Assembly (NCBI GenBank): GCA_016342285.1
Contig: JAEINQ010000027.1
Location: 7,841 to 71,840 of the forward strand
DNA from: Desulfobacterales bacterium
GTDB lineage: Bacteria; Desulfobacterota; Desulfobacteria; Desulfobacterales; JAEINQ01
Length of the DNA: 64,000 bases
Direction of reading: 5' to 3'
This document shows, piece by piece, positions 39,498 to 46,326 of this stretch. The notes beneath the pieces were generated by a model. That model saw nothing but the letters and a program-made list of their open reading frames with translations, made no database searches and had not been told where the DNA came from. Made by a program: the position numbers and the translations under genes. Positions within the stretch are counted from its first letter, which is position 1; every line of letters begins with the position of its first letter.

Positions 39498-39553
39498 CGG
39501 ATTGGCGAATTGACGAATTGACGGATTGGCGGATTGGCGGATTGGCGGATTGA
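39498..39553 (+). repeat. Tandem 8-mer array (CGGATTGR/CGAATTGA x7) in the trx leader
   Basis: Seven phase-perfect 8-nt units, ending 20 nt before the ATG at 39574. Confidence 0.9.
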
Positions 39554-39573
39554 AAAACGGGAGCGAAGGCATC

Positions 39574-40029
39574 ATGGATGCGAATAAAAGCTACTTCTTC
39601 AGGTGTGCAAACTGCGGGACGAAAAACCGTATTCCCGCTGCCATGGTGGGAAAAGTCGGCAAGTGTGGCAATTGCGGCCAGACCCTTCGAACCCAGGAAC
39701 TGCTCTCCGGCGAACCGTTGATGGTCACCGACGCCAACTTCGACGCCGTGGTCGTCAAATCCCCCATGCCCGTGCTGGTTTACTGCTGGGCCCCCTGGTG
39801 TCCCACCTGCACCCAGACGGCGCCCATCATCGAAGGATTCGCCAATGATGCCAAGGGACGAGTGCGGGTCGGCAAGCTCAATGTGGACCCGAACCCCGCC
39901 CTTTCAGCCCGGTTCGACGTCCGCAGTGTTCCCTTCTTGATGATTTTCGATCATGGCCGGCTCGTGGAAAGCATTTCCGGCGGCCTGCCCAAGCACGAAC
40001 TGATGATGAAAATGGCCAAATTCCTCTGA
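39574..40029 (+). CDS. trxC: Thioredoxin 2-type thioredoxin with N-terminal zinc finger
   Basis: MDANKSYFFRCANCGTKNRIP...CGNCG (2x CxxC), then the thioredoxin fold with WAPWCPTC. Confidence 0.85.
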   Translation: MDANKSYFFRCANCGTKNRIPAAMVGKVGKCGNCGQTLRTQELLSGEPLMVTDANFDAVVVKSPMPVLVYCWAPWCPTCTQTAPIIEGFANDAKGRVRVGKLNVDPNPALSARFDVRSVPFLMIFDHGRLVESISGGLPKHELMMKMAKFL

Positions 40030-40032
40030 TCC

Positions 40033-40941
40033 ATGGAAACATACCCCCATCGATGCCGCCTGCTGGCCGATATCCTGCGCGGCTATCTGACTCAGGGCAT
40101 GCGGCTCACCCCCGAGACGGTACGATTCATTGATGCGACCGTTTCAGTGAAGGCCGCCGTCGACCTGTCCGTCCTTTTATTGGATCCGGATGACAGCGAG
40201 GCCGACTCGCTGCTGGAATTGATTTTCTACCCCGACCTCCCCATGCAAAAACGGATCGAAGATCTTCTGGTCGCACACCGCTTCACCCGGAAGGATCCGG
40301 CCATGGTGGTCCGCTCTCTTTCGGACCCGCCGATTTACGCCCGGTTGATATTTCCCGACAACCGGGGGGCGTTGACCCATCGACCCGCTCCGGCGGTTCT
40401 GGCCTCCATGGTGGACCGACTGCATATCTCCCGCATTATCGCCGAACCGATCCTTGCCGCCTGCCGGCGGTTTGCCCCGCAGACCGCCCTGAACATCCGC
40501 ATTCAAATCCGAAACGCCCACACAACCCCGGCAGAAAATGTGACCGGATTTATCGCCACATTTTTGGCCAACGCCGACCTGGATGCCGGCGAAATTCTCG
40601 ACTGCTTAAGGACGGCCCTGGAATTGACGGAGACCATTCCCGATGAAAACATATCCCTGGGTCTAATCCGTATCCAGCGCGACCTGGCCGAAGCCCTTGA
40701 CCGGGCCGACCGCTTGTCCCGGTCCGCATCAGGTCAAAACATGGAGACCCTGATGCTCAAAGGGGTACGCACCCCCCACATCAACAGGGCGGCCACGGAA
40801 GAAAGGATGCGCCGGATCGACCGGTTGTGCCGGTTCGGCTTCGACCGGGTTGATCATGACACCGGGGCAGCACGGGTGGAAGACCTGGGTTGCTTTGCCC
40901 CTGACCGCGACCTGACCGACCTGGTCCGTCGCCTCTCCTGA
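40033..40941 (+). CDS. Hypothetical protein (302 aa), translationally close-coupled to trxC
   Basis: Starts 4 nt after the trxC stop with coding-like codon usage. I recognise no motif. Confidence 0.6.
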   Translation: METYPHRCRLLADILRGYLTQGMRLTPETVRFIDATVSVKAAVDLSVLLLDPDDSEADSLLELIFYPDLPMQKRIEDLLVAHRFTRKDPAMVVRSLSDPPIYARLIFPDNRGALTHRPAPAVLASMVDRLHISRIIAEPILAACRRFAPQTALNIRIQIRNAHTTPAENVTGFIATFLANADLDAGEILDCLRTALELTETIPDENISLGLIRIQRDLAEALDRADRLSRSASGQNMETLMLKGVRTPHINRAATEERMRRIDRLCRFGFDRVDHDTGAARVEDLGCFAPDRDLTDLVRRLS

Positions 40942-40959
40942 TTGCGCCGGGAGCCGATA

Positions 40960-41040
40960 CCCCACCCACAGTGTGGACAGCCTCAGGTGCCATCCTGAAA
41001 GGGGTCATAATGCTCAATGTTCAAATCGGAATTCTGTATT
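40960..41040 (+). repeat. Family E/D repeat fragment after the hypothetical gene stop
   Basis: ccccacccacagtgtggacagcctcaggtgccatcctgaaaggggtcataatgctcaatgttcaaatcgg. Confidence 0.65.
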
Positions 41041-41228
41041 TTTCGTGATGTGCGCATATGGACGTTTCCAATTCATAAATGTGAATTTTTGTCCAAGATC
41101 AAGGAAATCAAGCCATTGCGCGGAGGCGTAGCCGGCTACGCCGCACAAGAAATGGCGCTGATTGACGTAGAGACTTGTCCGCCTCTGGCGGGTTGGGCAA
41201 AAAGGCCATTTATGGATGGAAGCCCCGC

Positions 41229-41336
41229 CTACCCCCCCAGAATCACGGTACCCAGGGAGACCATGACCACAATCATGACCATGACCGCAACGTCCAACGC
41301 ACCGTCCAGCAATCGATTCGGAGATATCTTTTCCAT
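41229..41336 (-). CDS. Candidate 35-aa single-TM peptide, coupled to the upstream zinc-ribbon ORF
   Basis: TAAGAATG junction. MEKISPNRLLDGALDVAVMVMIVVMVSLGTVILGG. Below the ORF-track size cutoff; no SD. Confidence 0.3.
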   Translation of the reverse strand: MEKISPNRLLDGALDVAVMVMIVVMVSLGTVILGG

Positions 41337-41338
41337 TC

Positions 41339-41503
41339 TTATCGCAGCTCGTCGATATGGATCCGTTGCCCACAGCAGGGGCAGCGGGTCACGTTGGCGC
41401 TCTGGGGCAGGTCGCCGGATCGAAACACGGCGATACAGTTGCTCGGGGTAAACCGATACTCCACCCATACCGAAAATCCGCAGGTACAAAACCGCTGTTG
41501 CAT
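41339..41503 (-). CDS. Small zinc-ribbon protein (54 aa)
   Basis: GGAGGAAGG SD, then ATG. MQQRFCTCGFSVWVEYRFTPSNCIAVFRSGDLPQSANVTRCPCCGQRIHIDELR (CxC...CxxC). Not in the ORF track (under 60 aa). Confidence 0.55.
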   Translation of the reverse strand: MQQRFCTCGFSVWVEYRFTPSNCIAVFRSGDLPQSANVTRCPCCGQRIHIDELR

Positions 41504-41537
41504 GGCCTTCCTCCATCTGTTTATAGATATTCGTTAT

Positions 41538-41555
41538 TGTTTATTTATATAAACA
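41538..41555. promoter_or_regulatory. Operator-like palindrome TGTTTAT-N4-ATAAACA upstream of the zinc-ribbon ORF
   Basis: Read directly, 35-52 nt upstream of the ATG at 41503. An extra half-site tataaaca lies nearby. Confidence 0.55.
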
Positions 41556-41706
41556 TTCACGGTAGTCGTTCTCACCGGGACGGTAGCGATAGCGGAACCT
41601 CTTCCGGTCCACCACTTGAAGTGGTGGTTTAATGCCAGAATTAAACGCCCCACGCCTGCACCCTTCTGTCCAGGTCCCAGGGCCTTCGGGCGTGGCTCTT
41701 ACCGTC

Positions 41707-42360
41707 TCACCTGAATTCCCGGCAGACCCAAACCACCTTTCCGATGATCCGAACGCTGTCCGTATGGTCACCATCAAGATAGATCGGGGCATAACGGGTA
41801 TTGTCGCTGAGAAGCACCAGTTTGTTGGGATGTTTCTCGATCCGCTTGACCATGATGGTATCGTCGATGCCCACGGCAAATACCGCGCCGGCCAGCACGT
41901 CCTTTTGAGACTGGTCCACCAGCACCGTATCACCGTCTTTGAGTTCCGGTTCCATGCTGTTGCCAAAGATATCCATGAGCACCATATGGTCGGCAACACC
42001 CTTTTGCTGCAGCCAGCTGGCCTCGAAAGCATAGTATCCCTCCACCCGGGAACCGACTTCAAAGGAGCCGCCGCCGGCACAGAGCCTTGCCCGAACCTTG
42101 GGCACGGTTTGGAAACCGGACTCCCCATCCCGACCGCCGCCCAGAAAAGGGGTGCCGTCCCCGGAGTCGAGCCAATCCGGATTGAGTCCGAACTGCCGAA
42201 ACAGCTGAAGTTTCCAGCGGTCCGGCACCCGGTCTTTTTTCCTGGCCTGGGTGATGGCCGAACGGTTGATGCCCAGGGCATCGGCCAGTTCATTCTGACT
42301 CGCAATCCCGGTGGCGTCGTGGATCCGCTTTAAAAACCCGTCAAATCGATGTTGGGCCAT
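41707..42360 (-). CDS. Phage-CI-type HTH repressor with an S24 (LexA-like) autopeptidase domain
   Basis: 217 aa. N-terminus IASQNELADALGINRSAITQARKKDRVPDRWKLQLFRQFGLNPDWL (CI-repressor-type HTH). Candidate Ala-Gly cleavage site LCAGGG. Catalytic Ser in GNSMEPEL and Lys in IMVKRIE. AGGAAGG SD. Confidence 0.85.
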   Translation of the reverse strand: MAQHRFDGFLKRIHDATGIASQNELADALGINRSAITQARKKDRVPDRWKLQLFRQFGLNPDWLDSGDGTPFLGGGRDGESGFQTVPKVRARLCAGGGSFEVGSRVEGYYAFEASWLQQKGVADHMVLMDIFGNSMEPELKDGDTVLVDQSQKDVLAGAVFAVGIDDTIMVKRIEKHPNKLVLLSDNTRYAPIYLDGDHTDSVRIIGKVVWVCREFR

Positions 42361-42439
42361 ATCGCCTTCCTCGCATGAAGCTTTCCGTATTTCTTGGGTT
42401 TCAAACCGCTTTTCAAGAGCGCATTGATGTTGTCAATGA

Positions 42440-42468
42440 ATAAACAACATTGTTTATATTTATAAACA
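42440..42468. promoter_or_regulatory. Two overlapping operator palindromes with the same TGTTTAT half-site in the divergent promoter region
   Basis: ATAAACA-acat-TGTTTAT and TGTTTATA-tt-TATAAACA. Confidence 0.55.
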
Positions 42469-42600
42469 GTTTTTTGCCTTGTCAACTATTTTTTTCAAGC
42501 CGGGCAGAAAACAGGTTTTGTTCTTGACAAAAAGAGAGGGGCGCTTTTAGACAGGATATACGGAAGAGACAAGTCAATCCACCCATGGAAGGAGCCCCAC

Positions 42601-42945
42601 ATGTATCGTCAACGGGTAATCGCTTCATGCCCCGCCTGCGGAGACGGCATACCGGCCTGTTGCCCTGCCACCTGCCATGGGATACATCTGCTGTTGAGCC
42701 TGGTCACCAAGGGGCTCTGGGTGGTGGTCTGGATGCTGCTGACAATCCGCTCGAGCCGTTGCCGATGCAGCCTCTGCGGTCGCCCCCTGTGGATCATAGC
42801 GAGTCGTACGGACACCCCGAGGCCGACCCTGGCCGCCCCGTGGATCGACCACCGGGCATGGCGCTGTCAGCGATCGCCACAAAACCGGTTCAGTGCATAC
42901 CTGGTGGAAAACGGCCTGGTCTATTACGCACCCACCCGCCAATAG
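42601..42945 (+). CDS. LITAF-like membrane-inserted zinc-ribbon protein (114 aa)
   Basis: GGAAGGAG SD. CPACG...HGIHLLLSLVTKGLWVVVWMLLTI (hydrophobic hairpin)...CSLCG. GC3-rich codons. The overlapping frame 42585..42983 looks non-coding. Confidence 0.6.
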   Translation: MYRQRVIASCPACGDGIPACCPATCHGIHLLLSLVTKGLWVVVWMLLTIRSSRCRCSLCGRPLWIIASRTDTPRPTLAAPWIDHRAWRCQRSPQNRFSAYLVENGLVYYAPTRQ

Positions 42946-42987
42946 GCCCCTCGCCTCCGACTTTAGGGCACTGGAAACATTAGATTT

Positions 42988-43069
42988 ACCACGAAGACAC
43001 AAAGTGCACAAAGAAGAAAACAACATTGTTTTAATCTCTTAACTTTGTGTCCTTTGTGCCTTTGCGGTT
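42988..43069. repeat. Family F hairpin, copy F2
   Basis: accacgaagacacaaagtgcacaaagaag...aactttgtgtcctttgtgcctttgcggt. The loop carries AAAACAACATTGTTTTA. Confidence 0.8.
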
Positions 43070-43243
43070 TCAAACAGCTTTAACAAGTACACAAAACCTC
43101 ATGATTCGGCAGACCCGTGTCCATCCCGATTGTACCTTGATGTCCCAGCGGCCAGATGGTATGAAAACGGCATCGAATACCGGCTGACCGCAGATCGCAA
43201 ATGACGATATCGAAACCCTTCCCAAGGATGATTCATCGACACC

Positions 43244-44641
43244 ATGAAGCCGCTGCAGCTCTATAATACCCTGACACGTACCAAGGAATCCTTCACGCCG
43301 ATCTTTAAAGACCGTGTGGGTCTGTACACCTGCGGACCGACGGTCTACAACTTCGCCCACATCGGCAACCTGCGGACCTATATCTTCGAGGACATTCTAA
43401 AACGGGTCTTGAGCTACAACGGATTTACCGTCCGCCATGTGATGAACATCACCGACGTGGGTCACCTGACCGGCGATCGGGACATGGGGGAAGACAAAAT
43501 GGAATCCGGCGCCCGGCGTGAAGGCCTCAGCGCCTGGGAAATCGCTGAATTCTACACCCAGGCGTTTCGCTCGGACATGGCCCGGCTCAACATCCTGGAG
43601 CCGGACATCTGGTGCAAGGCGACCGATACCATCGAGGACCAGATCGCCCTGGTCCGAACGCTGGAGGAAAAAGGATACACTTATCGCACGAGCGACGGCA
43701 TCTACTTTGACACCTCCCGATTCGCCGACTACGACAAGCTGTCCCGGCAAAACCGCGAGGCGCTCCAGGAAGGGGCGCGGGTCGAGAAGAACCTCCAAAA
43801 GCGCAATCCCACGGATTTCGCCCTGTGGAAATTCTCGCCCCAGGGCGTCCAGCGGCAGATGGAATGGGAATCTCCCTGGGGGGTCGGCTTTCCCGGGTGG
43901 CACATCGAGTGTTCGGCCATGAGCATGAAGTACCTCCAAGACCAGCTCGACATCCACTGCGGCGGTACCGACCACATCGACGTCCACCACACCAACGAAA
44001 TCGCCCAGTCCGAGGCAGCCACCGGAAAACGTTTCTTCAACTTCTGGATGCACGGTGAGTTTCTCAACATTGCCGGCGGCAAGAAGATGGCCAAGAGCGA
44101 TGACAACTTCCTGACCCTTGAAAACGCCTTTATCAAACAGGGTATCGATCCGCTGGCCTACCGCTACGCGGCGTTTCTGAGCCACTATCGCAAGCCCATG
44201 GAGTACAGTGACGAATCCATGACGGCGGCCACCAACGGCCTTCGCCACCTGCGCAATCAGGTCAGGCGGCTGGCGGAAGGCGGCCCCGTCGCCCTTGCCC
44301 CCGATCACGAATTCAAGATGCGGTTTCTGGAAGAAACAAATGACGATCTGAACATGCCCAGGGCCATGGCCGTCGTTCAGGAACTGATTCGGGCGGACCT
44401 GCCCGATGGGGTGAAACTGGCCACGGTCATGGAATTCGATCGGTCGGTGCTGGGTCTCGAACTGGACCGGCCGGTGGCCGAAGAAAACCTGCCCGACGCG
44501 ATCCGGGCCATGGGGCAACAGCGGCTCGAAGCCCGGGCTGACAAAGACTGGGCCAAGAGCGACCGCCTGCGGGATGAACTCCAGGCGCTGGGGTACACGG
44601 TTCAAGACGACAAGGACGGCATGAAGATTTTCAAAGAATAA
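43244..44641 (+). CDS. cysS: Cysteine--tRNA ligase
   Basis: 465 aa. HIGN (FAHIGNLRT) and KMAKS (KMSKS) class I signatures. Typical N-terminus MKPLQLYNTLTRTKESF. Confidence 0.95.
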   Translation: MKPLQLYNTLTRTKESFTPIFKDRVGLYTCGPTVYNFAHIGNLRTYIFEDILKRVLSYNGFTVRHVMNITDVGHLTGDRDMGEDKMESGARREGLSAWEIAEFYTQAFRSDMARLNILEPDIWCKATDTIEDQIALVRTLEEKGYTYRTSDGIYFDTSRFADYDKLSRQNREALQEGARVEKNLQKRNPTDFALWKFSPQGVQRQMEWESPWGVGFPGWHIECSAMSMKYLQDQLDIHCGGTDHIDVHHTNEIAQSEAATGKRFFNFWMHGEFLNIAGGKKMAKSDDNFLTLENAFIKQGIDPLAYRYAAFLSHYRKPMEYSDESMTAATNGLRHLRNQVRRLAEGGPVALAPDHEFKMRFLEETNDDLNMPRAMAVVQELIRADLPDGVKLATVMEFDRSVLGLELDRPVAEENLPDAIRAMGQQRLEARADKDWAKSDRLRDELQALGYTVQDDKDGMKIFKE

Positions 44642-44659
44642 ATTTTCTGGCGAAAATTT
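44640..44659. terminator. AT-rich hairpin between convergent cysS and the SPOR gene
   Basis: AAATTTTC-tggc-GAAAATTT. Confidence 0.35.
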
Positions 44660-44662
44660 ATG

Positions 44663-46114
44663 TCAGGGCAGTTGGTAGTTGGCCACGTAGAAATCGTCGA
44701 TGATTCCCTTGGCTTTGAGGGATTCGCCGTAGGCCCGGGCCGAAGCCTTGTCGGAAAAGTGGTGGATACGGACCTGGAACCATTGCTTGTTTTTTCCCGA
44801 CGCCTCCGCCCAGTAGGCATCGATCCCCTTTTCTCGAAGCTCTCCCACAAATTTTTCAGCATGAACCTTTTTGAGGTAGGCCGCCACTTGGATGGTGAAC
44901 CGATCGGCGACAGGTGCCGCCGCCGGTATGGGGGTGTGGGCCGGCCGGGTGCGTGGCTGAAGCAGATGACCGGCCGTGTTGACCAGAAAAACCAGGATCC
45001 CTGCCCCGGCCGCGGCAACGCCGATCCAAAGCATAATCCGCCGTGCCCGCGGTGAGTGTCCCACCCGCCTCAGGACAGATGCGGCCTTGCCGCACCCTGC
45101 GGCCGCAAAAGCAGCCATCCGACCCATCATCGTGGAAAAAACCCTTGCCGCACCCTTTGCCCCCGCCGATACCATCCGGGCCACACCGCTTTTTTCCGGC
45201 TCCGGTTCTCCGGTGTCCGGCGGTACGAATCCCACCCGCATGCGACTGAGCGCATCGGCATCGAAACCAGCCACCAGTTTTCTGGCCTTTTCCAAAGTCT
45301 GCGCGTTGCCGGACGTCTCGACCAGCCAGTGAACACAGGCGGCGGCGCCGCGAAGAAAATCCACGCCCTTGCCGTCGGTAGCGGCCTGAACGTAAAGGGC
45401 CATGGCCCAGTCGTCGACCCGGCCTTCCTTCAGAAAGAGTTCGGCCAGAGCCAGCGCCATCTCTGAACCGTCCGTATCGGATTGCTGAAAAACCCGACGG
45501 TAGGTGGCGAGGGCGGCAAAATCGGTCCGCCTGGCAGCAAGGTAGAGTCTGGCCAGCCGCAACTGGATGTCCGGACGGTCTGAATGGGCCTCTCCGATGC
45601 GGTGGGCGGCCTCCTGCTCCAGGGGACCAAGGGTGGAAACCCCCGCGGTTGCCCGCAGCCAGGCATCGGCCACCTCCCTGTCCTCGGGGTGGGACCGCAC
45701 ATAGGCCGTGACCATTGGCCGGTCCCGGCCATCCCCCTCGCCCCGGGCCAGGTAGAAACGGGCCAGGCGCGATGTGACGTGCTCCGAGCGATGACGACGA
45801 ACCCGGGGAGAGATGAGAAAGCTATCAAAAATCGCCACGGCATCGGCATAGGCGGTTTCGGCGGCATGGGGCTCTCCGGAACGCTCCCAGATGCCGGCCT
45901 CACGAAGCCGCCGTTCAGCCAGGGTCAGCCCGATCCGGTTGAGGGCCCAACCCGTCAGGAAAAAGGCGGCGACCAAAAGCAGTCCGGCGGGCAGCGGCGC
46001 CCATCCAAGGCCGAACCGGGCCTGGATCGCCGGCAGAACCATCAGGCTCACCGGAGCCCCCAGTGCGATGCTGGCCCAGATCCGAAGGGCCGTATGTTTG
46101 AGAAAATGCGTCAT
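44663..46114 (-). CDS. Membrane-anchored TPR-like protein with a C-terminal SPOR (septal peptidoglycan-binding) domain
   Basis: Start set at MTHFLKH (ATG at 46114); the upstream part of the track ORF runs through repeat DNA. C-terminus FTIQVAAYLKKVHAEKFVGELREKGIDAYW...QVRIHHFSDKASARAYGESLK. Confidence 0.8.
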   Translation of the reverse strand: MTHFLKHTALRIWASIALGAPVSLMVLPAIQARFGLGWAPLPAGLLLVAAFFLTGWALNRIGLTLAERRLREAGIWERSGEPHAAETAYADAVAIFDSFLISPRVRRHRSEHVTSRLARFYLARGEGDGRDRPMVTAYVRSHPEDREVADAWLRATAGVSTLGPLEQEAAHRIGEAHSDRPDIQLRLARLYLAARRTDFAALATYRRVFQQSDTDGSEMALALAELFLKEGRVDDWAMALYVQAATDGKGVDFLRGAAACVHWLVETSGNAQTLEKARKLVAGFDADALSRMRVGFVPPDTGEPEPEKSGVARMVSAGAKGAARVFSTMMGRMAAFAAAGCGKAASVLRRVGHSPRARRIMLWIGVAAAGAGILVFLVNTAGHLLQPRTRPAHTPIPAAAPVADRFTIQVAAYLKKVHAEKFVGELREKGIDAYWAEASGKNKQWFQVRIHHFSDKASARAYGESLKAKGIIDDFYVANYQLP

Positions 46115-46140
46115 CGTTGTTTTTTGTTGTAAAAATCCAT

Positions 46141-46316
46141 GCCCAGAGGACCAGGCTTTGGTTTGCCCCTGAAAGGGGTATAATGCTCCATGTTCAACTC
46201 TCAATGCTCAATATTCAAAGCGGCATTCTGCCATTTTTAGCTCTTTTAAAAAGGGGCGGAGCGAAGCGATCCCATCCTTGAAAATTGAGCATTGAGCATT
46301 AGAAATTGATAATTCA
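46141..46316. repeat. Family B copy B3 + MITE-like family D element D1
   Basis: gcccagaggaccaggctttggtttgcccctgaaagggg, then inverted arms ttcaactctcaatgctcaatattc / gaaaattgagcattgagcattagaa flanking ...ttctgccat...ggagcgaagcga. Confidence 0.85.
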
Positions 46317-46326
46317 CCTTTAAAAT

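Noticed and set aside
41014-41451. ORFs 41014..41373 (-) and 41017..41451 (+) as protein genes next to the repressor module
   Set aside because: They run through repeat-derived sequence (family E/D and a GGCGTAGCCGGCTACGCC palindrome) and conflict with the better-supported small zinc-ribbon ORF, which has a strong SD.
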